Source of the DNA: Verrucomicrobiota bacterium
Lineage (GTDB): Bacteria > Verrucomicrobiota > Verrucomicrobiia > Verrucomicrobiales > DEV007
Direction: 5' to 3'
NCBI GenBank assembly: GCA_045046875.1
Contig: JASFYY010000106.1
Span: forward strand, 1-33,274
DNA length: 33,274 nt
Shown: positions 1-10,824 of the stretch, piece after piece
Layout of the letters: every line of letters begins with the position of its first letter
Position numbering within the stretch: position 1 is the stretch's first letter
Notes under the pieces: model-generated
Told to the model about the DNA's origin: nothing
Seen by the model: the letters and a program-made list of their open reading frames with translations, nothing else
Database searches by the model: none
Made by a program: the position numbers and the translations under genes

Positions 1-309
1 CGTGGCGTTCCAGGATGAGTGACAAAACTCCACCCGCTTTTTAATAGCCAAATCAGGACGTGAGGGAATGCATTCCCAGGCAGCTGCGATGAAATCCCAA
101 TCCTTGCCCACGTGCTCTCTGGTGAAAATAACAAATTTCCCCTGCCCGGCTTTTGCCTCTTCATCGGCAGACGGCGGAAATATTTTGCCAAGAGGTTTTT
201 GATTCTCTGGAATGACATTCTTCAATCCTCCTGCTTCTGCTAACCCCGCCCACAGCAAAAACACCGCTACCACCATCACAGGGCCATTAAAATGAACATC
301 ATCACTCAT
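1..309 (-). CDS. Hypothetical exported protein, N-terminal part (runs off the left edge)
   Basis: Hand translation: MSDDVHFNGPVMVVAVFLLWAGLAEAGGLKNVIP..., open to position 1. The ATG at 309 overlaps the peptidase TGA (ATGA coupling). Signal-peptide-like hydrophobic stretch ending in AEA. Confidence 0.6.
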   Translation of the reverse strand, partial: MSDDVHFNGPVMVVAVFLLWAGLAEAGGLKNVIPENQKPLGKIFPPSADEEAKAGQGKFVIFTREHVGKDWDFIAAAWECIPSRPDLAIKKRVEFCHSSWNAT

Positions 310-2537
310 TTTCTCACCGCCAATTTATTAATCGCCTCTATCCTCTCCGACATCCGGTCAATCACCTGTGCGGCAATCTCCACCTGCCCGGCCACCTCTT
401 TGTATTCACGCTGCTCGATTGCTTCACGTACACCGGGAATCGTTTTGACTCCATAACCGGTGTAAAAACCGGGTGCATAAATGTGATGTTTATACCATTT
501 CCGTCCCTTCAAGCCTTCGTCGCGTGTCAACAAACGCTCACTGGTGTATAACAGTTCATTGATCTTTTCGCTGGCGACAAACCCTTTGGTAACAGCTGCC
601 TCATAAGCATCCGCCGCAGTCTGCAAACGTCCAAGCGCATTTTTAAGCGGAGCAAAATTAAAATGCGGCACAGCCTTCTCGCGCTTCGGTGGACCGAGCG
701 TTTTGTTCGGATCAAGCGCTGCCGCATAAGTTCCGTCGTCGATTTTCTCATTGGTCTGCTCGGTGGTCTTGCGCATGGTATCAGCCAATTCTTCAAGCTC
801 GGTCACATAGAGCTCAATGTTGTCCGAGAAGCCTCGAAACTCAAAAGGTAGGCGCGGCGCATTGGCCAGGCGCAATGTCGCCCGACCACCCAACTGTGAC
901 AACGTAACTCCATAAAGCAAACCGGGGTCGTTCCATTTGATGTGATGTTCGTAAGTATCATACAAAGTGTGATAACTCCCGCCCGCAGCCTCCCCGCCAA
1001 AACCCATGTTCGCGGAAGCGATGCCAAGATGTTGCAAAAACGGCGTGTAGTCGGAACCCGATCCCAACGGATAAATGCGCAGATCTTCACGACGGCTTTC
1101 TTTTATCAATTTTTCATTTGTCGCATGAAGCTTGAGATAAGCACGGCGTCGATCTTTCACTGAAATATCCATTCGCGGATCCTTCACGTCTTCCATGATC
1201 TGATTGAAAAACCGCTCCAGCACATGACTGCCACCGAGCCGGACAAACCCCCGGCTGTTGCCGTCGGAGTTCAGATAAGCGACCGCTTTTTCCTTCAACT
1301 CTTTGCCATGATGTTCCGCCCATTCAGTCGAACCAATCAAACCTGGCTCTTCGACATCCCAGGCTGCATAAATAATGGTTCGCAAAGGCCGCTTGCCGGC
1401 TTTTGCCAGTTCTCCTATAGCCTTTGCTTCGGCCATCAGGGTGATCTGTCCCGACAACGGATCGTTCGCCCCATGGTTCCAACCATCATGGTGATTGCCA
1501 CGAATCACCCACTCATCGGGGTATTTGCTGCCTTCGAGTTTAGCGATCACATTATAAGCGGTGATCATGTCCCAGCTGAACTTCACCTTAAGCCTCACCC
1601 TCGCCGGCCCCGGACCAAAATGATAAGTGATTGGCAACGCTCCGCTCCATTCCGGCGGCACGACCGCACCACCCATCGCTGCAAGCAAAGGCAGCGCATC
1701 ACGGTGTGAAATCGGTATTACGGGGATTTTTGTGATCGTCGACGCTTTGTCAATCGCGAGACGCTTGGCGTCTTTCGTCGCACCCACACCCGGGGTTAAA
1801 ACATCGCCAGGGTAAGTTGGCATATCCATCACCGAACCCCGCTGCACTCCACTTTCATGCTTGAACGGCCCCTTGGGATAAACATCCCCCGCAGCGTATC
1901 CATCATCCGCCGGATCCGAATAAAGGATCGTTCCAATCGCCCCCTTCTCACCAGCCAGTTTTGGTTTGATACCGCGCCATGACTTGCCGTATTTGGCGAT
2001 TGCGATTTTACCCTTCACACTGATACCGTTGCGTTCGAGAATTTCGTAGTCCTCGGGAATACCGTAATTCACAAAAACCAACTCACCTTCGACTTCGCCA
2101 TCAACTGAAAAAGCGTTGTAAGGGGGCAATAAATTATCCCGCACTGACGAGCTCGCATCGTCCTTAAGCGAATCCTCTCTTAAAGACGCTTTGAATTTAA
2201 TCGGCGCGATGAGTTCCAACTCCCGCTCCACTGGAGTAGGCAGCAAAATCTGATACTCCGCTATTTCGACTTCGTATCCCCAGGCTTCGAATTTTTCGGC
2301 GATAAATTCCGCTACCTGCTTGCTCTCTATCGAACCCGCATGATGCGGTTTAGCTGACATGTGCTTGAGCCATGCGTCCATATCTTCAGCCTTCAAGCTC
2401 GCATCAAATTTCTTTTCGAGGCCACGCTGAGCCCTAGAGCTCGCATCGTCGAATCCTAACAAGTCTTCAGCGCACCCCTTTCCCGCCCCGGCAATCAGCA
2501 GGACCACACACAATATATTACCCAGGTGGTTTTTCAT
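306..2537 (-). CDS. M28 family peptidase, glutamate carboxypeptidase II/NAALADase-like (PA domain plus transferrin-receptor-like dimerisation domain)
   Basis: Zn/catalytic motifs NHHDGW, GANDPLSG, WDVEEPGLIGSTEW, YLNSD, GSGSDY, YHTLYD, and C-terminal WYKHHIYAPG. Start placed at MKNHLGN (2537), which gives a signal peptide and sits just after the upstream stop. Confidence 0.92.
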   Translation of the reverse strand: MKNHLGNILCVVLLIAGAGKGCAEDLLGFDDASSRAQRGLEKKFDASLKAEDMDAWLKHMSAKPHHAGSIESKQVAEFIAEKFEAWGYEVEIAEYQILLPTPVERELELIAPIKFKASLREDSLKDDASSSVRDNLLPPYNAFSVDGEVEGELVFVNYGIPEDYEILERNGISVKGKIAIAKYGKSWRGIKPKLAGEKGAIGTILYSDPADDGYAAGDVYPKGPFKHESGVQRGSVMDMPTYPGDVLTPGVGATKDAKRLAIDKASTITKIPVIPISHRDALPLLAAMGGAVVPPEWSGALPITYHFGPGPARVRLKVKFSWDMITAYNVIAKLEGSKYPDEWVIRGNHHDGWNHGANDPLSGQITLMAEAKAIGELAKAGKRPLRTIIYAAWDVEEPGLIGSTEWAEHHGKELKEKAVAYLNSDGNSRGFVRLGGSHVLERFFNQIMEDVKDPRMDISVKDRRRAYLKLHATNEKLIKESRREDLRIYPLGSGSDYTPFLQHLGIASANMGFGGEAAGGSYHTLYDTYEHHIKWNDPGLLYGVTLSQLGGRATLRLANAPRLPFEFRGFSDNIELYVTELEELADTMRKTTEQTNEKIDDGTYAAALDPNKTLGPPKREKAVPHFNFAPLKNALGRLQTAADAYEAAVTKGFVASEKINELLYTSERLLTRDEGLKGRKWYKHHIYAPGFYTGYGVKTIPGVREAIEQREYKEVAGQVEIAAQVIDRMSERIEAINKLAVRK

Positions 2538-2538
2538 T

Positions 2539-4068
2539 TTATTTATCCCGGTTCGCGCCCCGGTTCTCAGCGTTGTTATTGACCGCTTTTGCATCTTTCA
2601 AAGATTGGCGTTGCTGCTCAGTGTAAAAATCCGTTGTGAGGTTTTTCCTTTTTTTGCCGCCTGAAAGTTTTTCCAGCATACCCAACAGCGTATCCACAAT
2701 TTTAGGCTCGGCGTTCACCTCAAGGCCAGCGGTGCGTGAAGGCCAGGTAGTGTAGCCACCAAGGTAATGTTGTTCCGGAGGAGGAATGTATCCTGCCGCG
2801 CCGTTGGCAAGTGACAAATTGAAAGTAGCTTTGAATGGACTCTGGGCTTTCAGCTTAAGACCTGTCACGCCGTAAACTTCATTCGGCATTGCGGTGAGGG
2901 CGATCTCCCCCAGCCGGATCACCTGAAGCACCAGTTCTTCATCCTGATTCTGATCGATCCAGGTAACCTGCTCCGCATAAACTTCTGGCGTATTTCCCGG
3001 ACGTTTGTCTCCCCTCACCTGATTGATTTTTTCAGCCCAGGCTAACCTTTTTTTGCTGGGCAGCCGACGCGTGATCAGCAGTTTGGATTCAAGCATGCTT
3101 AGAGGGATTTTCTCTTTGTATTCGATCTTTTGATAAGCCTGATAAGCAACATCTGCCAACCGGGTAGAGTATTCCTGCATCTTCGGGTACTTGGAAGGGC
3201 CGGCATGATTTTGCCAACCGCAGTCACCGCTCGTGCCCTGTGACATCGCAACCAACATATTCCCGGCGGCTTCATTTTTCGCTACGATTTTTTTGGCCAG
3301 AGTATCACTGAACAGTCCGAAATAATCTGCCGAAAATCCTCCCGGTTTGTAACGAAAATAGTGCATCGAAAAATTCGCCAGTAAAGCGATCGGCTGATCA
3401 CCTTCCAGAGAAACAAAACTCAGCAGAGACAACTGCTCATCCACCGGACCCGCGGCATGTTTCGCTTTCCCGAGGGAAGCCCGCACTGTCATCTCGCCAA
3501 AAGGGTCGCGCTGGTATTTACCCGCTTCCCGTACCCAACGCCGGCAATGGGTGAATTCCGGCGCATCAAAAACCGTCCAGCCCATCTTTGCAGGCTTCAA
3601 TCTGACATGCGCCAGGGCAATTCCGTCCGCTATTTTCGCCGCCAACATTTTGGCGTAAGCTTCATCGGCGCTTAGCCCCAAGGCAAAATTCATCACGCTC
3701 GGAGCCGCATGGGTGTGGGTGGCGGAAATCAAAATGCGATTGATCGGAATCCCGGTTAACTCGTGAGCCTTTTTTTTCGCCTCATCACAAACCGAACGTG
3801 GAATCATATTGGAATCCACAATGACCAACGCCAATGTGATCTCTTTATTTTCAATCACAATGCAGCGGGCGGAAAGCGGGTCAAGCACCTTGTCATACCA
3901 CAACTCCACCATCGTCCCCCCGCAAATGGACGGAAAATTTACCGGAGTGATATCCGTCTGGGCGGCGCCGACTTTAAGAGCTGCGACATCCTGAGCGGAC
4001 ACTGATGCAGATGCCCCGGCAAAGCCGAGTATTAAAATCGTGATTATATAATATCGCAATGCCTTCAT
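2539..4068 (-). CDS. Neutral/alkaline ceramidase-like secreted hydrolase
   Basis: Motifs GAAQTDITP, DPLSARCIV, ISATHTHAAP, NFSMHY, QGTSGD, PNEVY, LANGAAGYIP. Signal peptide from MKALRYY (4068). Confidence 0.8.
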   Translation of the reverse strand: MKALRYYIITILILGFAGASASVSAQDVAALKVGAAQTDITPVNFPSICGGTMVELWYDKVLDPLSARCIVIENKEITLALVIVDSNMIPRSVCDEAKKKAHELTGIPINRILISATHTHAAPSVMNFALGLSADEAYAKMLAAKIADGIALAHVRLKPAKMGWTVFDAPEFTHCRRWVREAGKYQRDPFGEMTVRASLGKAKHAAGPVDEQLSLLSFVSLEGDQPIALLANFSMHYFRYKPGGFSADYFGLFSDTLAKKIVAKNEAAGNMLVAMSQGTSGDCGWQNHAGPSKYPKMQEYSTRLADVAYQAYQKIEYKEKIPLSMLESKLLITRRLPSKKRLAWAEKINQVRGDKRPGNTPEVYAEQVTWIDQNQDEELVLQVIRLGEIALTAMPNEVYGVTGLKLKAQSPFKATFNLSLANGAAGYIPPPEQHYLGGYTTWPSRTAGLEVNAEPKIVDTLLGMLEKLSGGKKRKNLTTDFYTEQQRQSLKDAKAVNNNAENRGANRDK

Positions 4069-4300
4069 GGGAGTAAGATGCAGACAAATAGTCACGCCGC
4101 AGAACCGTGCAGGTCAAGTTATTAGACGGGATAAAAGGGTGGATGAAAGGGGTCGCACCCCCAATGAATACTATCTTGAGCCGCCCTGAACCCCTTATAT
4201 CAAAGGAACAGAATGAGTGGGCCGAACCGTTTGCAACCCGCTTTGTAACACATCCGTCAAAAATAATACCGTGTCAGATCGACCCAATTCAGCCTTCCAG

Positions 4301-6259
4301 TTAGGCCAGGCGCACGTCGATATCCTGCTCCAACCACGTCCACAAGCCCTGCAAAGATCCACCCACCGCATCTTTGATGCCCGGCAAATCCGCTGCCGCA
4401 AAGCTCTCTCCCTGCGCGGGCAGCTGCTTGCCGTAGAGATAATATTTGATCTTCGGCTCGGTGCCTGAAGGGCGCACCGCGAATGATCGCCCGTCTTCCA
4501 ATTTCACGATCAACATGTTTTCCTTGGGCAAAGTATCACCCTCTATGTCCTCAATCTGCTGGGTGGCAAAATCCAGCACTTCGCTAACGGGTGACCCGTC
4601 CACTTCCTGCGGAGGATTACTGCTGTAAGACTTCGCCAGGTTTTGGATTTTGCCCGCGCCTTCCGCACCTTCCATCACCACCGAATGCAGTTGCTCTTGA
4701 AAATAACCATACTGCAAATAAATCTGATCCAACAACTGCGCTATGCCCAGTCCTTGCGATTTGGCATAAATCGCCAGCTCGGCAAACATCACCACCGCGC
4801 CATTACCATCCTTGTCGCGCACCACATCCGAACCGAGGTAACCGTAACTTTCCTCTCCACCAAAAACAAAAAACGACGAGTGCTGCAGACGCAAAGCGCG
4901 CGTTTCCAACTCGGTCAGGTCCTGATAATTTCTACGCAAGTCGGCAGGGATCTGCTTTTCGTACTTACCCAGTTTTTCACCTATGTATTTGAAACCCGTC
5001 AAAGTATCCACACAACGAATGCCAAAAGCATCCGCGATGACTTCCTGCAAACCGGTGGTGACAAAAGTTTTCACCAGCACGGCATTTTTACGATTCTCTT
5101 CATTGAGCACGCCCTGATCAAAAAACGTTTTGATCCGGTACCAGCCCATCAGCGATCCGATTTGATTGCCTGTCAGCAATTTCATCTCATCACCATCGCG
5201 CACCGCCACACCCATGCGATCACAGTCAGGATCGGTGGCGATCACCAGATCCGCGCCATCCCTTTGAGCCTGTTCAACACCCATTGCCAAAGCAGGCGCA
5301 TTTTCCGGGTTAGGCGAATCCACCGTCGGGAAACGTCCGTCCTCGATATCCTGCTCCGCCACCGTATCACAATCAAAACCCAAACGCCGCAGCATCGCCG
5401 GCGCGATCCGACCCCCGGTGCCGTGCAAATTCGTGAACACAATTTTCAACGAATCTTCACTCGCCACTTTTTGTGGATCGAGCAACAGCGTCTCCAGCGT
5501 GTCCATGTAAGCGGCGTCAATTTCTTCACCCACTTCAGTGACCTTGCCCACCTCATGCTCTGACAATGAAGGCTCGTCGCCCTCCGTGACCGCATTCACC
5601 TGGGCAATGATATTGCTCGCATGTGGCTCGACCACTTGCGCACCGTCATTCCAATAAACCTTATAGCCACTGTCATGCGGCGGATTGTGACTGGCGGTCA
5701 GCACGATCCCTCCGGAGGCATTCAGATGACGCACCGCAAAAGACAACTCCGGGGTCGAACGCGGGGCGGTGAACAAATACACATCCACCCCGTTCTCATT
5801 CGCCACCCTGGCCACATGAGCGGCAAACTCTTCGGCAAAATGGCGTGTGTCATGGGCGATGACGATTGATGTCCTGCCTCCGCCGTTTTCCGCTTGAGCC
5901 GCTTTCAAACAGCGCACATAACCCGCCGTCGCGCGTTTCAAATTATAAAAATTCAGCGCATTGGTGCCCACACAGGGGAACTCCGGACGTCCCAGATCAT
6001 TGGGCGTGCCACGCTCCGCGGCGGTGACGATCTTGCCGATACTGCGTCCGCGCAGACCACCGGTGCCGAATTTCAGCGTTTGATAAAAACGGTCATTCAA
6101 CTCCGCCCACTGTTTTTGATCGACCAGCTCACTCACACTGTCGTGATATAGCGGCAAATCACTCGAAGCCAGCAAATGACGGATATTCTCCGCACTGGAT
6201 GATAAAAGGAGGCCGTCGGCAACGGCTTGTTCGATAGTCTGGCTAAGTTCGGCTGTCAT
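4301..6259 (-). CDS. pgm: Phosphoglucomutase/phosphomannomutase (alpha-D-phosphohexomutase)
   Basis: FGTGGLRG, catalytic TASHNP, metal-binding DPDCDR, GEESYG and RPSGTEPKIK motifs. Confidence 0.95.
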   Translation of the reverse strand: MTAELSQTIEQAVADGLLLSSSAENIRHLLASSDLPLYHDSVSELVDQKQWAELNDRFYQTLKFGTGGLRGRSIGKIVTAAERGTPNDLGRPEFPCVGTNALNFYNLKRATAGYVRCLKAAQAENGGGRTSIVIAHDTRHFAEEFAAHVARVANENGVDVYLFTAPRSTPELSFAVRHLNASGGIVLTASHNPPHDSGYKVYWNDGAQVVEPHASNIIAQVNAVTEGDEPSLSEHEVGKVTEVGEEIDAAYMDTLETLLLDPQKVASEDSLKIVFTNLHGTGGRIAPAMLRRLGFDCDTVAEQDIEDGRFPTVDSPNPENAPALAMGVEQAQRDGADLVIATDPDCDRMGVAVRDGDEMKLLTGNQIGSLMGWYRIKTFFDQGVLNEENRKNAVLVKTFVTTGLQEVIADAFGIRCVDTLTGFKYIGEKLGKYEKQIPADLRRNYQDLTELETRALRLQHSSFFVFGGEESYGYLGSDVVRDKDGNGAVVMFAELAIYAKSQGLGIAQLLDQIYLQYGYFQEQLHSVVMEGAEGAGKIQNLAKSYSSNPPQEVDGSPVSEVLDFATQQIEDIEGDTLPKENMLIVKLEDGRSFAVRPSGTEPKIKYYLYGKQLPAQGESFAAADLPGIKDAVGGSLQGLWTWLEQDIDVRLA

Positions 6260-6306
6260 TTCGTTTGCATTGTAGTTCTTCGCTGTGAGAATTCAATGCA
6301 AACGAA

Positions 6307-7203
6307 ATGAACGAATGGGAATCCCAACTGAATCGCATGCCCAACGCCCACACCACCGCTGGGCGTGTCCTGCATGGCACGGCAATCGAGCGTGACGATG
6401 TGCGCATCGATCAATACGACGGCCACTGGGTGGTGCAGACCCGTGGCGGCGACTTCCCCGATGAATTACGTGGGCTCTGCCCCCGGCTCGCACGCTCGCT
6501 GTGGTGGAAACAGCTCGACAAAACCTCCAAAACCGCGCCCGAATGGATCGAAGGGGAAAAGTTGGATCAAAAATTCCTGGTAGCGGAAAATGACGCACGT
6601 TACCTGATCGATTTCCAAGCCGGCTACTCACAAGGCCTGTTTCTCGACCAAAGGCTCAACCGCGAGGAATTGATCCGCCGCATCCAGCCCGAAGACCGCA
6701 TCCTCAATTGTTTTGCCTACACCTGCTCATTCTCGGTCGCCGCCGCGCGCGCCGGCGCTATCACCACCAGCATGGATTTGTCCGGGCGTTATCTCGACTG
6801 GGGTAAGGAAAATTTCCGCGCCAACCAACTCGACCCTGATGATCACTACTTTTGCAAAGGCGACGTGATGGATTGGCTCAAGCGTTTTGCCAAACAAGGC
6901 CGCCGCTTTGCTGGCATCATCCTCGACCCCCCGACTTTTTCCCGCAATGGCAAAAAAGTATTCAAAGTCGAAAAAAACTACGCCGAACTTGTTCAGCTCG
7001 CGGCCAATATCTTAAATCAAGACGGCGGCTGGTTGCTGTGTTCGACCAATCACCACAGCTTGCAAGAATGGAGTTTCGAAAGCATGCTCTACGAAGGCGT
7101 CGATCTCGCCGGACGTGAACTGGTCCAATCCAAAGCTGGCAAAATGCCACCCGAATTCCGAGGTGACGATTATTTGAAATCCTTCTGGCTTGATGTTGAA
7201 TAG
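6307..7203 (+). CDS. Class I SAM-dependent methyltransferase, RlmI/RlmK-like (apparently without the N-terminal PUA domain)
   Basis: GLFLDQRLNR, LNCFAYTCSFSV, DLSGRYLDWGKENF, ILDPPTF and YLK motifs. Confidence 0.85.
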   Translation: MNEWESQLNRMPNAHTTAGRVLHGTAIERDDVRIDQYDGHWVVQTRGGDFPDELRGLCPRLARSLWWKQLDKTSKTAPEWIEGEKLDQKFLVAENDARYLIDFQAGYSQGLFLDQRLNREELIRRIQPEDRILNCFAYTCSFSVAAARAGAITTSMDLSGRYLDWGKENFRANQLDPDDHYFCKGDVMDWLKRFAKQGRRFAGIILDPPTFSRNGKKVFKVEKNYAELVQLAANILNQDGGWLLCSTNHHSLQEWSFESMLYEGVDLAGRELVQSKAGKMPPEFRGDDYLKSFWLDVE

Positions 7204-7256
7204 AGTTTATCTCATAAACGGGGCAAGCGCTGCGCTCGCCCTACAAAATTGCGACC

Positions 7257-8549
7257 ATGTCTTTTATTTCCTACCAACAGAAAAATTTCAAATCGGCGAT
7301 CAAAAAATTGTCGCGCCGCTCGCAACCTCTTGCCGAAGTGGAGAGCACGGTCAATCAAGTCATCGCCGAGGTCAAAAAAGGCGGTGACAAAGCCTTGCTC
7401 GCACTAGGTAAAAAATTCGACCGAGTCGATTTCCGCAAAGGCAGTGATCTTAAAGTCAGTGCTGCCGAGCTCAAAAACTCTGCTTCAGCCCTGAGCGCCA
7501 GGGAAAAGCGAGCCATCGCCGCTTCGCGCAAAAACGCGACCTTCTTTGCCAAGCGCAGCCTGCGCAAAAACTGGAGCGCCAAAAATGCCCAGGGCGCTCA
7601 AGTCGGCGAAGTTTTCCAACCCTTCGAACGGGTCGGCATTTATGTTCCCGGCGGCACCGCACCACTGGTCTCCACCGTCAACATGACCGTGGCCCTCGCC
7701 AAGGCCGCAGGCGTTCCCGAGATTGTCGTCTGCACCCCACCCGGTCCCGACGGATCGATCAATCCCGCCCTGCTCTATGCCCTGCAACAAGCCGGCGCGA
7801 CCGAGGTTTACAAAGTCGGCGGCGCTCAGGCCTTGGCCGCACTAGCCATCGGCACCCGCACCATCGCCCCCGTCGCCAAGGTTTTTGGCCCTGGCAACTC
7901 CTACGTAGTCGAAGCCAAGCGTCAACTCTTCGGCCTCGTCGCTGTCGACCTGCTGCCCGGCCCCAGCGAGATTCTGGTGCTCTGTGACAGCTCGGCCAAA
8001 CCCGCCTGGATCGCCACCGACCTGCTTGCCCAAGCTGAGCACGGCGCCGACAGCCTGATGGTTCTTGTCAGTGACAGCAAAAAAATCTTAGACGCCGTAC
8101 AAGAGGAAGTGGTCAAACAAGCCGCCACCCTCAGCCGCCAGAAACCCCTGCAAGCGGTGCTCAAAAAAGGTTCGACCTATGTCTTGGTCGAAAACATGGA
8201 AGACGGTGTGCAGATCTGCAATGACTTTGCCCCCGAACACGTCTTGCTGATTTCCCGCAAAGAAAAAAGCCTGATCCCAAAAATCAAAACCGCGGGTGCG
8301 ATATTTCTCGGCAACTACTCACCGGTAGCCGTCGGCGATTTTCTCGCCGGCCCCAGTCACGAACTGCCCACCGGTGGTGCCGGCAAATCTTTCCCCGGCC
8401 TCACCGTCGATCAGTTCCAACGCCGCACCAGCATCGTCAAACTCGACCGCACCTCAATGGAAAAATCCGCCCCCATCGTCGAAGTGTTCGCCCAAATGGA
8501 AGGCCTCGACGCCCACGGCCGCTCCGCCTCGATCCGCTTGGAAAAGTAA
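7257..8549 (+). CDS. hisD: Histidinol dehydrogenase
   Basis: GIYVPGG, VGGAQA, GPGNSYV, GPSE, DLLAQAEH, APEH, GDFLAGPSHELPT and EGLDAH motifs. Confidence 0.95.
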   Translation: MSFISYQQKNFKSAIKKLSRRSQPLAEVESTVNQVIAEVKKGGDKALLALGKKFDRVDFRKGSDLKVSAAELKNSASALSAREKRAIAASRKNATFFAKRSLRKNWSAKNAQGAQVGEVFQPFERVGIYVPGGTAPLVSTVNMTVALAKAAGVPEIVVCTPPGPDGSINPALLYALQQAGATEVYKVGGAQALAALAIGTRTIAPVAKVFGPGNSYVVEAKRQLFGLVAVDLLPGPSEILVLCDSSAKPAWIATDLLAQAEHGADSLMVLVSDSKKILDAVQEEVVKQAATLSRQKPLQAVLKKGSTYVLVENMEDGVQICNDFAPEHVLLISRKEKSLIPKIKTAGAIFLGNYSPVAVGDFLAGPSHELPTGGAGKSFPGLTVDQFQRRTSIVKLDRTSMEKSAPIVEVFAQMEGLDAHGRSASIRLEK

Positions 8550-8595
8550 AAAGCTCTTACAAACAAAGCGTCGCTTTATAATGGCCACTGCATCC

Positions 8596-8618
8596 CAATG
8601 AGAGGTAATCTCTCATTG
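8596..8618. promoter_or_regulatory. Perfect 9-bp inverted repeat between hisD and the ABC ATPase (terminator-like hairpin or operator)
   Basis: CAATGAGAG-gtaat-CTCTCATTG with only a weak T tail. Confidence 0.35.
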
Positions 8619-8644
8619 TTAAGATTAATGCAGAAAGGTTAAAA

Positions 8645-9428
8645 ATGATTAAAGCATGCAATTTGGTTCACCACTACGGCGTTCGCCCTATTCTTCGCAA
8701 CGTCAGCCTAAAAGTCAGACAAGGTGAACTGGTGGTTCTGATGGGAGCCAATGGCTGCGGGAAAAGCACTCTACTTGGCACCATGGCCGGCTTGCTCTGG
8801 CCGATTGAAGGCCACGTCGAAATTGATGGCCTGCAACGACGCAGCTGTGTGAAAGCTGAGATCGCGATCCGCAAAAAGGTGGCCTATTTGCCCGATCACC
8901 CCTGGTTGCCCCTCTCTAGAACAGGACGAGAATATCTCATGGCCGTCGGACAAATTTACGATCTGCCCACAGCACACATCATGGATCACATGGAACGCCT
9001 GTTGGAGTTGTTTCATCTCACCGACAAAGGAGACTCGACCATGCAATCCTATTCCAATGGGCAGCAGAAAAAAATTGCCATCGCCGCCACCCTGATCACT
9101 GAAGCTCCCATATTATTGCTCGACGAGCCCTTCACCGGCGGTCTCGATCCCTCCGCCATTTTGGCACTGAAGAATGTTTTGAAAAACCTGGCGCAGAGAG
9201 AGGATACCACCGTAGTAATGGCTTCCCAATTACCCGAAATAGCCGCCGCCACTGCTCACCGCATAGCAGTTATTCAGGATGGGGTAATTTTACATTATGA
9301 CAGTCCAACCGATTTAATAAAATCGCAGAACTCAGAGAATCTCTGAAACCGCACTGAGTGATATACTCAACCCTGAAACCGAAGATCTCCTAAAAGCTTA
9401 CTTTAAAGGAAAGGAACTCTCTAAATGA
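8645..9428 (+). CDS. ABC transporter ATP-binding protein (ABC-2 type) with an apparent 1-nt frameshift at ~9344; as read it stops at 9346
   Basis: Walker A GANGCGKST, signature YSNGQQKK, Walker B LLLDEP. A shifted frame from 9345 gives ETALSDILNPETEDLLKAYFKGKELSK, ending at TGA 9426-9428, which overlaps the next ATG. Confidence 0.85.
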
Positions 9429-10591
9429 AAAATACCTTAATAAAGTATTTCATTTGGCTATTCGTCACCTTAGCTGCCTGTCTGTTTATGCGTTTGGGTT
9501 TATTGCTTATAGTTGCCGTAGTCGCTTTTAAGAATGACATGGACATTTGGCAATTCATACAACAAATGATATCCGAACGATGGGCTCACAACACTGTTCC
9601 CGACGCGGTCGCCCTGCTCCTACTCACGCTGCTTATTGCGACTTTAAAATCCTCCCATTGTCCTGAACTTGCTAGATCCAAACGCAGCGATTGGTTAAAA
9701 ACATCACCGTGGACATTGGGAAAAACCTTGCCTTGGGGTGATTTCCAAATTGGCTTACCGGAAGGCATTATCCTTTTAGTGATAGATGCTTTATTGCATT
9801 TTTTGGTCGACTGGCCTTTCGGCATCACTCTCTACCTCTTCGCCTGCTATTATTTTGGCCGACTGTATTTATCGTCTCTTCATGAGGCTGCTCCTCAAGA
9901 TTTTTTCGCCACAGGCATAGTGCTCGCCATACCCTTACTCTTTATCCCGTATTTTTCCTGGTTGATCATCCCTGTATTTTTCATCTGTGCAATGATCACC
10001 ATTCATGCTCAAAAACAAAACTGGAAACTCTGGGTAGGCTTGGATGGAGATCTGCACGAAGCCATAAAAATCACAGGTAAAAAAGAACAGGTAGGCTGGC
10101 CTTTTTGCACCATCGTCGAGGTCACCGATGAGGAAATATCGAGCAATAACAAATTGCTCAATCTTCTCTTGAGCTGCTGGGTCTTTATCTGGATCTTCAC
10201 CCTCATCCGCCTATTTCCTGTCGAAGAAGGGGTTCAAATAATGAATTTTTGGTATATTCCTACCTTTTTCTTCGCCTTGATCCATAGGGTCGCATACAGC
10301 ACCATAGGCACATCCCCCATCAGTTTGTTAGGCCGGATCAAATTACGAAAATTTATCATTCCCGATTATGATAAAGTTTATCTTGCTCCTGTTTTTTCCA
10401 TCCTTGGTGGAATCATCATGTATCTGGTCGCATCAAGCCTGGGTAACATCCATGGCCTCGCTGAAAGCCTCGCAATCGCCACCAGCCTGCAGATCATCCT
10501 CTCGGCACGGCCAACGATTCGTGAGTGGACCTACACCGGCCAATACCAAGCCCATCGTCCTGCTTTCACCCCTCCGTCACAAATAAAATAA
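9425..10591 (+). CDS. Multi-pass membrane protein, probable permease partner of the ABC ATPase
   Basis: 388 aa with many hydrophobic segments, directly coupled to the ATPase gene. The sequence looks more AT-rich than the flanking core genes. Confidence 0.7.
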   Translation: MKNTLIKYFIWLFVTLAACLFMRLGLLLIVAVVAFKNDMDIWQFIQQMISERWAHNTVPDAVALLLLTLLIATLKSSHCPELARSKRSDWLKTSPWTLGKTLPWGDFQIGLPEGIILLVIDALLHFLVDWPFGITLYLFACYYFGRLYLSSLHEAAPQDFFATGIVLAIPLLFIPYFSWLIIPVFFICAMITIHAQKQNWKLWVGLDGDLHEAIKITGKKEQVGWPFCTIVEVTDEEISSNNKLLNLLLSCWVFIWIFTLIRLFPVEEGVQIMNFWYIPTFFFALIHRVAYSTIGTSPISLLGRIKLRKFIIPDYDKVYLAPVFSILGGIIMYLVASSLGNIHGLAESLAIATSLQIILSARPTIREWTYTGQYQAHRPAFTPPSQIK

Positions 10592-10824
10592 GCCTTCCTC
10601 GCTGACTCCTAACTCTCTAATCATTCGACCAAATACTCAATAAACTCTACTAAGCCCATTGCGCTAACTGACTCTGATAAGGGGTAAGCCTCCCCTTGCG
10701 GTATAACAAAATACCCTCTTGTCGCATTCAGCGTTTTCATGAGATACTTCTACCTTACCTAACCATTCACCCCCCCCCACAAGTGAAATAAGTTTTTCTC
10801 GCAATGACTCACTCCTCACCAAAA

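Noticed and set aside
4100..4295. G/C-run hairpins between pgm and the ceramidase-like gene
   Set aside because: Only short stems such as GGGGTCGCACCCC, with no second copy or clear U tract; not enough to call.
4643..5563. Long antisense ORFs (this 306-aa one, also 12632..13417 and 17343..18197)
   Set aside because: They are shadow frames opposite well-conserved genes (pgm, scpA, ppdK) and have no recognisable motifs.
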